A stretch of DNA of 64,000 nucleotides from Selaginella moellendorffii (lineage: Eukaryota; Plantae; Lycopodiophyta), in the NCBI RefSeq assembly GCF_000143415.4, contig NW_003314452.1, positions 1 to 64,000 on the forward strand, read 5' to 3'. How positions within the stretch are numbered: position 1 is the stretch's first letter; the number at the start of each line of letters is the position of its first letter. Below, in pieces: positions 24,331 to 37,112 of the stretch. Below the pieces are notes generated by a model, which was not told where the DNA came from, did no database searches, and saw only the letters and a list, made by a program, of their open reading frames with translations. Made by a program: the position numbers and the translations under genes.

Positions 24331-25929
24331 CTTAGCACACATATCTCAAAAGTTAGGTCTATTCCATTGCTATCCTATAGTAATTAAAATGTGAAAATCA
24401 TGATTTTGTCTTAAAGCATATGCTAGAAGATAAAGATGATTTTATCTTGAAGCATATGCTAAAAGATAACCATGCAAAGTAAAAGAGGATCCATGACAAT
24501 CAAAAGGTGGTAATATAACCATACAAGCAATAACTTGATAGATATAAAGGAATTCAAAGTGCTCAACCATATGTTGTGTGGCATCAGAATTAATAATAAG
24601 AGTAAAAAACAACTAATAGTTAATAAAGCACCAGTAACATGAGTATGATTGTGTTGAAAATCCTTAGTTAAAAATAAAATAGGAGAAGATGAGTCATCAA
24701 TAGTAGTATATGTCTATTGTTGTTATCTATTAGAACTAGTAGCAATATAAGCTTCAGGGACTTGCCATGGATGAGGAATAACATGAGAAATTGAATAAGT
24801 ATTATTTAGACGTTGACAAAAAAATTAGGAAATATGGCCAAAACGATTTTAAATATATAGTAGGGATGGGCGTGGTTGACCAACCTGAAACATCATCTAA
24901 CTTCTTATTAGGCATGTTTATTTTTGTTTTATGTTTGGCTTAAGTTTAAGCCCAAACTTTGTACTATATTAGCTGGTGGAATATCTTTATGTTAGGCCAC
25001 CATTATGCTAAAATAGTCCTTTAGCTCCATTTTATGTGATAGTTTTGATATTGGAATGCTAAAAGCTCTATTCCTTATTCCTTATTTGTTCTTATTCCTT
25101 TGTTCATTAGCTTTATATATACTCAAGAGTTTTGTTCATCCCTTTGTTTAGTGGCCAAGGCCCTAAAACTTAGGTGCCACTCTATTGCCATTAGCACATA
25201 TATATATATAAGCTTTTAAATTTGGATTTCTCATAATGTCACTAACCCCAATACTATTTAAACTTAAGGACACTTAACCTTAATATTTTAAAACCCTTAA
25301 ATGATTAAAAAAAAGGGGTGCACTTTTATTTATCCCTTTATATTTGAACTCTATAGATCAATGTCTCAAATCATTCCCTTTGGTTTTTTATAATTCATTA
25401 TGTTTCTCTATACAGTTGCAACTCTTTTGACACTGTACAAGTCAAGCCCAACAAGAATAAATTAGACTTGCCAAATGTTAATCTCAACACATGGTATGAT
25501 TCCTCTAGCTAACTAAACGTCAAACCCAAGACCCTTTTAATACCAAATGTAAGCTCTTAAATTTAAATTTTTTGGGAGGTCACCCAATTTAGTTTATTCA
25601 AACCCAAGAACACTTAACCCCAAGTATTCCAAGACCTCTAACTGATTAAAAAAAAGGTTGCAGTTTTATTTATGGGCCTTTCCCCTTATATTTGAACCTC
25701 ATATATCATCTCTCGAATCAATTAGAAACTAACACACGAATCAATTAGAAACTAACTTGAGACCTTCAATCCCCAAGAAGGTTCATGCAAGTGGTCGTGA
25801 GTAAGGATAAACTTGATATTACTAGAATATTCCAAGTCGTGAGAAAATAGATATGCCTTGGTGATAAGCTGGAATACAATAGAGAAGTGCTAACTTTCCC
25901 CCTTAACTACTCTTACATGGTGGCAACTA

Positions 25930-28165
25930 CCATTTCTTCATGAGTCATGACTGTCAATTACGGAGCTCTACACTTTCTTTAGAGAGCTGGTCATAACTCT
26001 AAAAGGACATATCTTTAGAGTTAGGATTTTGCTCTTTGCAATGGAGTGTCAAGTTTGAGTCTCTGTCGTAACTTTCTTGAGTTTTTTCTTTGTTGGTGTG
26101 GTAGTGTTGGAGAAGCTTGCTTTGTGTTGGTGTTTAGCATGTTTATTGATGAGTCTTAAAAGATTCATTAGTCTCTAAGTCTTGTTTTTGGTTAAAATTC
26201 TTCATATTGTTTTCTTGAGCTTGATTTTTCTTGGATTTTTGAATTTGAGCTTTATGTTTTTTGATTGTGTTAAGTTTTTGAGCTTGAACTTTGTAAATCT
26301 TAAATATGTTGATATCTTGAGTTTGAGTTTTCATAGTCTTGATCTCTTGATCTTCATGCTTGTAGTTCTTCTTGATGTTTTGTTCTCGATCTTTAAAATT
26401 GAAAACCTTCATTTCTTTTAATGTTGTTTTTGATGATGTTTGAGTCGTATGATTAATATTTCTTGAGCTTGTTAAGGTTGACAGTTTAGAGATGCTCACC
26501 ATCGAATGTTGCAATTGTTGCCATTCCTGGAGCTTTAAATTTTTGGATGAGGAATGGTCCTTCCCATCTTGAATTCACTCTCAAGCCAATTTTTTCAATG
26601 TTTTTTAGAAACCAAAGTACTTGATCATTGATCTTGAATTCTTCATTTTTCTTTAATCTTCTCTTTTTGTTATGATTGGTTTTTCTTCAAGCTTGAATGG
26701 CTTCGAGTGTCCAAATTGCTTATAGTCTTTCTTCGTTAAGTTTTTTTTGTGTTACTAATCTTTTCTTAATTAATTTTTCTTGGTTGATCTTGCAGTGTAT
26801 TGCCATTTGCAATGAAGGAACGATGTACTTTAGTGGTGTTAGGGCTTCTAAGCCATAGGCAAGCTTGAATAGTGTCAAATTTGTTGAAACCTTATATGTT
26901 GTTCAATATACCCATAGGGCATTGTAAATGTGATTGTCCCAATCTTTCTAATTTGTTTTCATTATTTTGTTGAGGATGTTGTTAAGTGTCTTGTTTGTCA
27001 ACTCTGCTTAACAACATTGCCTTGAGCCTGCTTGCAAAATCTTGTGAGCTGTGATTTCTTCTGTGAAGTGGCCTCTTGCTTGTCCACAGTGGGCTTCTTT
27101 GAATAGATCTTGAGTTTTTCAAATTATACACATCTTCATAGTACATTGTCTCATCCTTTTTTGTACAATCTTCCTCCCACAACTGAATATGGTCTTGTCC
27201 TTAAGACAAATTATTTATGGTGATTAGAGATGGAGTATCGATTTAGTATTATTGTTGTTATGAGGTAGTAGTAGATGTCATTCGTCCATGTTGATGATGT
27301 GTGGATGCAAAGTATGTTGGAGTCAGGAAAGTCATCCATGTTGTATTTTAGTTGTTCACTAGTTATAAGGTTGGCTTATACATGTTGTTTGCCAGGTTTG
27401 TGAATAATTTCGAAGTTGTATTCTTGAAGTAATAAGAACTATCAGGCAATTTTACGGATGAAGATGGTCTTGTTAAGGAGGTGTAAAAGTGCTTTGTGGT
27501 CAACCATGCTCTTGACTTTAGTGCCGAGTAGGTAGTGTTGAAACTTTTATAGTGCATAGACCATTCCTAAAACTTCTTTTTCAATGGTGGTGTAGTTCAT
27601 CTCAGCTGAGTTGAGTCTTTGGCTCGTATAGTAGATTGGTCGGTCTTTGAGGTCTTGTTATGAGAAAATATTGCTCTAATGGCATAATCAGAGGTATCAA
27701 TGTGTATTAAAGTTTTTGTCCTAGTTTGGTTGGGCGAGTATTGGAGCCCTTGTTAAGGAATTCTTGAGCATGTTGAATGCTTGTTGGCAATCTTGAGTCC
27801 AGTTGTAGACGTGATTTTTCTTCAAAAGATCTATAAAGGGTTTTGTAATTTTCACATAATCTTTGATGAAGTGTTGATGGTATCTCATTTTGCCGAGGAA
27901 GGATCGTAGTCCAGTGGTGTTTGTTGGGTGTTGCATATTGCTAATGGCAAGAGTCTTAGCTTTGTCAATGAGGATGCCTTTTTTGCAGATGATATGTCCA
28001 AGTAAGATGCCAGATTTGACGAAGAAGGTAGATTTGTCAGGGTTTAAGGTGATGTTGTTCTCTTGACATTTGATGAAGCATTTCTCAAGATGTTGGGGAT
28101 GTTATTTTTTGCTGCTAAAGATGCTGAAGTCATCCATAAAAACTCACATGAAGTTGGTGAGGTAA
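25930..28165 (-). mobile_element. Degenerate Ty3/Gypsy pol relic, copy 2
   Basis: FMDDFS, LRSFLGK..Y..FIKDY, LTRAPILAQP and integrase C-terminal SRWEGPF remnants. Confidence 0.85.
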
Positions 28166-28344
28166 TATAGTGCTTTCAATCTTTATTCTACTCTTTCTTC
28201 ACGCTTACCATGACTCTTTTATTCTAAACAAGTATATTGTACATTATCATGTGACTAAGAAGCTACACATGTCTTTTTTTTAGTCAAAGATGTGATATGA
28301 TATTATTCAATATATATATATATATATATGTTTAATGCCAAACT

Positions 28345-28960
28345 CATAATACTCTTCATGTTATAGAAGGACAATTGGAGTCAATTGTAATTTCCCATCT
28401 ATTTAAGTTGGTGATGTTGATTTGATAGGGCCTTTTTCCATAGTCAATTCATGGCAATGAATATATCATTATTGCCTTTAACTACTTGATTCATTGGGTT
28501 GAAGCCAGTGCTTTTACTAGTGGACTTGTGACTATTGTTAAATACTTCTTCCAAAATTGAGTGGTATTTTAGCATTCATGTCTATAGTAGATTCTCTCAA
28601 ATAAAGTCTCATATTTATAGTTAAGATATTTCACATTTTAATGTCTTAGCTAAGGATACACAACACTTTCACAAGTGCTTATCATTTATGAACCAATGGT
28701 TTGGTATAATAGCTTATTCAGACTTTCAAAAGGATGATTAGGATTTAAATTGGGATGATTATTTGCCACTTCTTTAGTATACGTATGGCATAGGGGTACA
28801 AAGTTTCATTAGTGCTTCACTATATAAACTTCTATATGGTCATGATTTGATATTATCAATGGAGTTGAATTCACCTTTACAATTGCTATGAACTACCAAT
28901 GCTAAGTCTTAGGATTAGTGTTTGACGAGCATTTTTCCACTATTCAAGTAGCATTTATTA
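28345..28960 (+). mobile_element. Degenerate integrase fragment (also about 52305-52920; deleted in copy 1)
   Basis: Diverged paralogue of integrase relic 22015-22640 (ggagtcaattg..tttcccatc, agtgcttatcat, tggtcatgat). Confidence 0.75.
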
Positions 28961-30468
28961 AACATTTAGTATAGCACACATGGTTTTCACCCTTTATTCT
29001 ATAGTGATTTATTATAGGATAACTATGAAGCAGAACCTAAATTTTTTATATGCCACATGTCCAAAAATAGCGGAGTGGAACCCGAGTTTTAGGGCCTTAA
29101 TCCATTAAACAAAGGAATGGAATCAAACTCCCAAGCTTGCAGCTAAGGAGCGAAGGAACTAGAGTATAGAGCGACTCTTGAGCATTTAGCCCAAGAAGAA
29201 AAAGAATAGAAGCATGAAGTGACATAAGAATAGTCCTAGAGCATCAAATATCCTAATGCCAAGATTAACACACAAAATGGAGCTAAACAGAGCCAAATAA
29301 AGTTTAGTGCTATTTTAGCATATCAGTGGCTTAACACAAGGATATGGGTACTCCACTAGCTAGTATGGTATAGAACTTGGGTTAAACCGAATGCAAAACA
29401 AAAATAGGTATGCAAATAGGAGCTAGAGTATGCCTTAGGTTAGAGTATGCCTTAGGTTCCAAAAGGAGAAGATGATATAAGGTTCAAGTGTATGGTTACA
29501 ATGCCATTTATATTATTACCGTAATGGGATTTTGATAGCCATTGAATTTGTTTCAATTTAGATCACTAATAATTGAATATAAATATTTAACTAAATGAAT
29601 ATGCATATTTTTATATTTTATATCCATGCACTTACAGATTTTCTTTTTATTTTGCTTTACAGAGTAAAGTAATATACCTAGATATCTAAATATATTCTGG
29701 GATATTCTCTAATCTAAGGGCTCTTAAACTTTCTCTAATTAACTTGTAATCAGTGTTTAAAGTTAATTGTCTAACTTATCACTAATGTAAATAATCTATA
29801 TTGAAAAAGAATTAACACTTATTAACACTAACTTGTAACAAAATGCCAATTTAAACCTTAAAAATAAATTTAAAATTAACATCATTAAGCCCTCCACACT
29901 CATGGTTTCATTCTGTAATATAGAGGGCACAAAATCCAGCCGTCTAAGATTGATGGCCTGATGGTTAAACACAAAAGAACTTAAGAGAGTTAAACATTGT
30001 TTAAAAAGAGGAGTAGTGTATTTTAAATAGTACAACAAATTATTTAAAAAGAGTAGTACTCAATGGAATTTAAGGATTGGTTCCTTGAGGTATGGAAGAA
30101 ACTAGAAACCTAGACAGATAAAATTGATAGATCAATTCCTCTCTCTCTCTCTCTCTCTCCATTTGTTTGTTTCTTTCTATGATTTTGCAGAGTCCTCAAA
30201 AAAAGGTACTTGGCATTGAGGTTCCACCATAGGCAAAAAGAAACTCTGTTGATCTTTTATAGGGAAACGTTTTCCTACAGGCCTTTCTGAATTGAATCCA
30301 CGAAACCTGGAAGTCAAAACAAGAGAGTAGCTTCAGAACACTTAAAAGCTCACCCCTGCAAGTTCTGTTGTGGTGAGTGAATGGTCAAAGGTGCGAATAT
30401 TCTCTCTACAAAAATTTGAATAAGTTTTTCTACATTTCCACGGAATACGAGTCATTTTTTAGGGCATC

Positions 30469-30964
30469 ATGAAGAAAACACTCATTCTCGATCTAGACAA
30501 TCCACTGGTATATGCTCATAAGGATCTCATCTCTTCTGTAGATTTCAGCATGGAATTTGACGATGATGCACCACTCCACATCATGAAGAGATTAGGTGTA
30601 GATGAATTTCTGGGGAAGGTTTCAAATGTGTACGATATCGTGGTGTTTAGTGCCGCCCAGGAGAAGTATGTCAACCTTGTGGTTGACCATCTGGATCCTA
30701 CTCGGAGGCTTGTGTAGAGGAGGCTACATGGTGGTAATTGTGTTGTTCTAAAGGACAGGATGAAAGTCAAGAATCTTGACCATGTAGGGTTTCGGGATTT
30801 CAAGCAGGACTTCTTGGCGGATGTAGCCCCTTTCCTTCTTGCCCTGCCAAAGTGTGTGGACTTTACCGAAGTTACCCATCGCTGGAATATTGGACAATGT
30901 GGAGAAGCAAGGCAAATTGTATGTCCCAGATCCATTCGATGATGAATGGGTTGTGTTTAACTGA
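30469..30964 (+). pseudogene. SCP/FCP1-like phosphatase pseudogene A, copy 2
   Basis: Same lesions as 4798-5293. Confidence 0.93.
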
Positions 30965-31179
30965 TTATTGTATTTTGTAATATATGTTATAATTTTCCCC
31001 CCAATAGTTTATGGAAGTGACTTTCGAGGATTTCCTGCATGTCTTGTGTAAAACAAAATGGTAAAACAAGCCAAAAGAACACCAAGTTTTCAAGCTCTTC
31101 TGCTTCAAAAGTGTATCATCCTAGTAATGAGCTCACAACTTTTGCTTGACCGAGCCTGAAAGAGATTGGAAAAAAAGAG

Positions 31180-31395
31180 CTACCTTCTAGTACTTGATAT
31201 ATTAGGCAAACATGAAGGCAAAGAAGACCGGGAAGCCGACCAAGACACCCACGACAACACCCAAATGTCATGTCGTAGCCAAAGTAACTCTCCACAAACG
31301 CCTTGACAGTCATGTATCACGCATTGGGTGTCATGAGGCGCACAAGATCATTTGCATACTGGGATCCGATCCAGCCATACAAATCCAATAGTGAT
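31180..31395 (-). pseudogene. PDR/ABCG C-terminal fragment, copy 2
   Basis: Paralogue of 5509-5725. Confidence 0.75.
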
Positions 31396-32861
31396 CCACA
31401 TTCTCGGAAAGTCCAAGAAAAAGCAAAAAGCTGTTTATATCCAACCTAGGTTTGGTGGTCAACACTAAACCAAAAACAATGAAGATGAATAGGACGATGT
31501 TATTGTCCCTGCCCTACAAGTATTTTTACGTGTTTTTGTTTGCAGCAGAGGAACCGCGGTACTGAATATCCACATTCTGGTATTGAAATTAAGGTCACTT
31601 GAGCGATTAGTTTTTAGCTGATCAAAACGGTTGTAATGTACAATGTTTAAATCGTGATTTTCATTTGTGAATACTTTAGTGTTCTTAATTTGGATTTTCT
31701 TTACATTTCGCTTTATAGGTATAAAGAATATACCTAAATATCTAAGTATATTCTAGAATATTCTCTAATCTAGCATATAAAAAACTATGAAGTTCTTTAT
31801 TTTGCCTCATATCTAGAACTGGAAGAGTATCAAGTAAAATTTGAAAAACTATATAAAACTGAGAAACTCTATATTATCCTATAAATTACAAGGATTAACA
31901 CTGACAAAGAGTCTAAAATTAACATCATTAATCTAGAGGGCACAAAATCCAACTTCTGGACGTGTTTTAAGATTGATGTCATGATGGTTAAACACTAAAC
32001 AACTTAAAAGAGTTAAAGTTTGTTCTAGCTATTTGAAAACTTGCCTCAATCTAACCAAGCACCTAGCTTCATTATTTGTTATTCTTTGCATTCAAGTATG
32101 CAAAGAAATCAGTGGAATTTAACGATTGGTTCCTCAAGGTATGAAAAAAACAAGAAACCTGGATCAATTCATATATATATATTTCTCTCTCTCTCCATTT
32201 GACTCTTCCTTTCTATAATTTTGCAGACTCGTCAAAAAAGGGGCTTTGAGGGGGCAAAAAGAAACTCATTCACCCTGTACCAACAGAACTTGCAGGGGTG
32301 AGCTTTTGAGTGTTCTGAAGCTACTCTCTTGTTTTGACTTCCAGGTTCCTTGGATTCAATTCAGAAAGGCCTGTAGGAAAACGTTTCCCTGTAAAAGGGT
32401 CAACAGGTCAAAGGTGTGAATATTCTCTCTACAAAAATCAACAATCCCGCCATTTTCTTCATCGCATCTCCCGAGAATTGGGATAGCTCTCCAGCTTCCA
32501 CTCGATCTCTGCCCACTTGAGGTGAGATGCATGGACCCTACAAGAAGCCAGCCGTGGACACCACGCTGTTGCATCTCCCGTCAATGTGCTGTTTACCAAT
32601 CCTGTTCCTTGAACCGAACCTGACTACAAGAATGTCGGAAGCCCTTGAGTTGTTCAGCAACCTTGATCGAGAACAACTCGGCCTGGCAGAAATGCAATGA
32701 ACTGGCAACGAATTCATATTTCTGAATCGAAATCAGCATGCTGAAAAAGACCAAGACTACAAAGATGACAAAAAGGAGCAAGTAAATCTAAACAACTACA
32801 ACGATCAGCTGCAAACAGACATGTTAGAAGCCAAGCAGAGAATCAGAGTAATGAAAGAAAC

Positions 32862-34220
32862 TCACCAAACAGATTGCCAGGCAGGATCGCAGAGGATGTC
32901 GCGCGCGGATGGACGCTGGTCGCGTCTTGCTGCGACCAGCTCCAACACCTTGGGCGCAATTGATGGGTGTTGGTACGCCCAGTCTGCTGGTAAAACGCCA
33001 TCCCGGACGTCAATCAATACCGACTCCCTTTCCTACACAGATTCACCGAACTAAGCAAGCACGTTGCACAAACTGCAGCCAAACCTGGTCCGGGGGACAC
33101 CTCCAATGAAGTTCGAAGAGTATAACTCCAAGCGCAAGCATGTCAGTGTAGGTTGAGTTGCTCCGGCGCTGGGGAGAGTAGTAAACTGCTCTCCCCTTCT
33201 TGATATTTTCGGTCTCGAGCATGGACTCCTTATTTTTAGCTGTAAGCCAACAAATGAGAGATGGAAGAGATGTTTCATTTGCCTACCAAGACCGAAATCT
33301 CCCAGCTTGATGCGTCCATCGTCTGTGACGAAGATGTTGTGTGGTGCTATATCCCGATGAACACCCACGTTGTCGTGCACATGCGCCACAGCTTGAAGAA
33401 GCTGCCTAAACGCATCTGCAGGTGGTGACTCACCGCCGAGGAGCACCGACTGGAGCGAGCGGCCACAAAACTCCATGACAATGTACACTTTCGACTTGCC
33501 CGGCTCGCCTTCCTCCTTCCACATGTCGAAGTATTCGACTATGTTGGGGTGTTCGCAGCGCTGGAGCATCTCTCCCTCCTTGAAGACGAGCGCGACATCC
33601 TGGTCTCTGGACTTCGTTGCTGTGCGAACCTTGATGACTTTGATGGCGTAGATTTGTTCGTCCTCCTTGCTACGGCACTTGTATACTTTCCCGGACGCCC
33701 CCTGGCCAACACAAGCGAGCACTTCGTAGCTGCTGCAGAAGCGGCCTGGACAAGAGAGACAAGGGGCCACTCAGAAGCGAAAAGATGCCAAAGAGACAAA
33801 TTATTGTATCCACCTGCTGCTGCAACTGGAGTCTCCCCTCCCTTTTGGATCGATTCCACGATCCCGGTCACAACATTCGCCGAGAGCATCTTGAATCTCT
33901 CCAAGCGTTGCGCCATTGCGAGGAATTACCGAACATATTCTGCAAGTCATGAATCAAACCAGCAAAGAGTCGTGTCAGCCAACAAAAGGAATTCCTCGTA
34001 CCAGCGTCAGGAGCAGCCTGCAACGCGGATGCATCATGATCAGTTTCTCCTGCTCCTGCTTCAACGAGGATCTTCATCAGACAAGTGCAGATGTTTCAAG
34101 TTTTGACCAACCTGATCGAGCTCGGTTAATCGGATCCAGTGGGCGGGTCCTTTCGAGCATGACGTCGGATCGCTTCTGAGTGTGTAGTTTCTTCGGACCA
34201 GCAGCTCTCTTCCTCTCCAT
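32862..34220 (-). pseudogene. GCN2-like kinase, copy 2, with a nonsense codon in the third coding exon
   Basis: Near-identical to copy 1 (offset 25640), but CAA>TAA at 33926-33928 gives EYVR*. Initiation at the MAQRL ATG (33916) could still yield the whole catalytic domain. Confidence 0.7.
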
Positions 34221-34547
34221 GGTGGACTCTGGTCAGTGTTAACATTGTGAGTCATTGCTGAAAGCACAAAAGAGATTGAGGAGTCGTTACTGCACTTATC
34301 CAACGGCTGGAGCCTAGAATGCGCACATCAGCTGTCCGTCAATGGATTCACAACAAACTTGCTACAATTGCATGCTCACCTCCTTCCGCCTCGCCAACAG
34401 TAGGCCGCAAACCAGCAGCGCACTCACCTCTGCCCTTGCCAGACGATCACGGCAGCCCTAGATTTGGAATCTAAGCTGCATTGAGGATCGACGCGCTCCT
34501 CCGGCTCCCTTGGGCTTTGCCAATAGTAGGGTACAAGAATACAAAAG

Positions 34548-34579
34548 GCCACGTCGGATAGATTTAGGGCAGACGTGGC
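34548..34579. promoter_or_regulatory. Pair of inverted ABRE-like elements in the kinase/phosphatase divergent promoter (also 58844-58876; left element mutated in copy 1 at 8903-8910)
   Basis: GCCACGTC (34548-34555) and GACGTGGC (34572-34579) are exact reverse complements; ACGTGGC is the ABRE core. Confidence 0.5.
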
Positions 34580-34644
34580 ACCTTTAGTCACCTTTTGTGG
34601 CCCTTCTTCATTTCCACGGAATACAAGTCATTTTTTAGGGTATC

Positions 34645-35232
34645 ATGAAGAAGACACTCATTCTCGATCTAGACAATACACTGGTATATGCTCATAAGGA
34701 TCTCGTCTCTTCTGTAGATTTCAGCATGGAATTCGACGATGATGCACCACTCCACATCATGAAGAGACCAGGCGTAGATGAATTTCTGGGGAAGGTTTCA
34801 AAAGTGTACAATATCGTGGTGTTTAGTGCCGCCCAGGAGAAGTATGTCAACCTTGTGGTTGACCATCTGGATCCTACTGGGGGGCTTGTGTCGAGGAGGC
34901 TACATGGTGGCAATTGCGTTGTTCTAAAGGACAGGACGAAAGTCAAGAATCTTGACCATGTAGGGTTTTGGGATTTCAAGCGGGTGGTGGCACTGGATGA
35001 CATTATTGACTTCTACCAAGGTCATCAAGAGAGCGTGGTGGTGGCTCCAAAGTTTGAGGGGTCAAAGGATGACCACTTCTTGGCAGATGTAACCCCGTTC
35101 CTTCTTGCGCTGTCAAAGTGTGTGGATTTTACCAAAGTTACCCATTGCTGGAATATTGGACAATGTGTGGAGAAGCAAGGCAAATTGTACGTCCTAGATC
35201 CATTCGATGATGAATGGGTTGTTTTTAACTGA
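34645..35232 (+). CDS. Intronless SCP/CTDSP-like (NIF/FCP1, HAD) phosphatase, 195 aa
   Basis: KKTLILDLDNTLV (DxDxT), KRPGVDEFL, VVFSAA.EKY...VVD.LDP, VKNL..VG and RVVALDD motifs; open ATG-to-TGA frame. Confidence 0.92.
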   Translation: MKKTLILDLDNTLVYAHKDLVSSVDFSMEFDDDAPLHIMKRPGVDEFLGKVSKVYNIVVFSAAQEKYVNLVVDHLDPTGGLVSRRLHGGNCVVLKDRTKVKNLDHVGFWDFKRVVALDDIIDFYQGHQESVVVAPKFEGSKDDHFLADVTPFLLALSKCVDFTKVTHCWNIGQCVEKQGKLYVLDPFDDEWVVFN

Positions 35233-35643
35233 TTATTGTATTTTGTAATAAATGTTATAATTTTCTGCCAAAGTGTAGTTTATGCAAATGAATCTTAGTG
35301 AACTTTTGAGCTCAGGATTTCCTACATGTCTCATGTAAAACAAAATGGCAAAACAAGAAAAACAGCACACCAAATTTTCAAGCTCTTTTGCCAAGGAAAT
35401 CCCCTTTACATTGAGAGCCCACAGCTTTGCAACACCCCATGAACACCAATAGGAGCACGTGCCCACCTCAAACAACAAGCGAGACTTCAAAAAGGACATC
35501 ACTGATCCAACATTTGATGCCGGAGGATAAGATGCTTAGAAGACTGATTGCTTCTGAGTTCTTTTATGTCTGTTGTTTAGTGCCTATGTGAAGCTATTGA
35601 CAAAAATGTGATGATCCATATGAAGCTCTTCACAGGATCATGA

Positions 35644-35675
<32 letters not shown>

Positions 35676-35806
35676 TGTCTTTGCCATGACATCCAGCGAA
35701 GTAGCAAGAGGAGTGATCGCGGTGCCTCCTGCAGGCATCTCCACGCCAAATCGCGACTCTTCTGCACCAATGTGGTGATTCCAAGTCCCTCCCGCGAGGG
35801 AAGCTC

Positions 35807-37112
35807 TTGCACCGCCGCCTGGCCGCCACCCTCGACCTACGCCACCACCCCTTGTTCAGCAATCTCCTCATCCTCATGTATGGCAAGTGCTCCAGCCTCC
35901 CGGACGCATGGTCCGTCTTCCACGATCTCGTCCACAAGAACGCCTTCTCCTGTAACATCATGATCTCGATTCTCTGCGCAAACGGCCAGAGCGTGCAAGC
36001 GATTCATCTCTTCCTCGCCCTCGCCAGCGATTCAGTCGTCCGCCCCACCGTCTCGTTCGTCGCCACGCTCGCCGCCTGCGCCAATTGCCCCGATCTCCAG
36101 TCGGGCATCCGGATCCACGCCCAGATCATCGCCGCGCCACCCGCGATCGCGAGCAATCCAGTCGTGTGCTGCGCCCTCTTAACCATGTATGGGAAATGCG
36201 GCAGCCTGGCAGACGCGCGGAAGGTCTTTGATGACATGCCGCGCAAGACGATAGTCGCCTGGAGCGCGATGCTGGCTGCTTGGGAAGAAATGCATAATAC
36301 AGCACCCCTCACTCTTACGTGGTTGCCCCTTTGCCACGCTCACTCCTCGCGTCCTCCGTGGCAGCACGCCTCACTCTTACGTGGTTGCCCCTTTGCCACG
36401 CTCACTCCTCGCGTCCTCCGTGGCGTGTTTAGTCACGCCCAGCTCTGCACCCTAAATGTTTAAGAGAACCCATTGCCGCGATCATTAGGTTCCATTAAAC
36501 TATGTCTTTGAAAGGGATTCTCTTAAACATCACGATTGCATCGTTAAACTCCACAATTGCACCTAGGAGGCTGTTCCACAAGCAGCAGTCCCACTCGGGC
36601 ATCTCAAAGATTTATCTCTTTAATTTATAATAATGAGGTGGCATGCGCAAGTAAGCAATGAGGTGGCATGCAAATCCAAATAAACAAATGGGGCCCACCC
36701 TAAATAAGGGGGGGTGCTGTATTATGCATTCTACCCGCTGCTTGCACCAGAAATCCCGATCAGGGCGGGCTCCCCGCTGCGATCGAGCTCTATCGCCAGC
36801 TCGGGGATGCCGGCATCGGCGCGGACTGGAACACTGCGATTGCCGCAAATGCCCATAATGGGCAGTTTAGAGCGGCGATTGCGCTGCTGTGGAAGTTGGA
36901 TCTGGAAGGGATCGGGCCTGATATGGTGACGCTGACTGAGATCCTGGCAGCGTGTTCTTGGAAGCAGGATAAAGCACAGGGTATAAAGATCCACGGAGCG
37001 TACTTGCTCGTGTGGCTGGGAGCGTAATGTTGTCGCTGGAACCTCTATCGTCAACATGTATGGAAAGTGTGGCAGAATCAAGGAAGCATCAAGGAAGGAA
37101 GCAAGAATCTAA
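35807..37112 (+). pseudogene. Truncated PLS-class PPR gene, copy 2 (TE insertion plus the same frameshift)
   Basis: Interrupted at 36283-36736 and carries the ccacggagcg +1 G. Confidence 0.88.
36283..36736. mobile_element. Non-autonomous TIR DNA transposon (Mutator-like MITE), 454 bp
   Basis: TIRs ggaagaaatgcataatacagcacccc / ggggtgctgtattatgcattctaccc; TSD gctgcttg at 36275-36282 and 36737-36744 (7-9 bp depending on end call); absent in copies 1 and 3. Confidence 0.88.

Larger units (their letters stand above)
1..24820 (+). repeat. Tandem segmental duplication, copy 1 (phase set by window start)
   Basis: The opening sequence aaaattaggaaatatggccaa recurs at 24821 and 48609, followed by the same colinear gene and relic order. 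Confidence 0.95.

Noticed and set aside
26143-26514. K/Q/N-rich ORF and hydrophobic antisense ORF
   Set aside because: Compositionally skewed 3' region of the Gypsy relic; frames are not preserved in copy 3.
32862-34220. Calling the kinase the GCN2 orthologue
   Set aside because: It lacks the RWD and HisRS-like domains and is highly divergent; only family-level similarity is supportable without a search.
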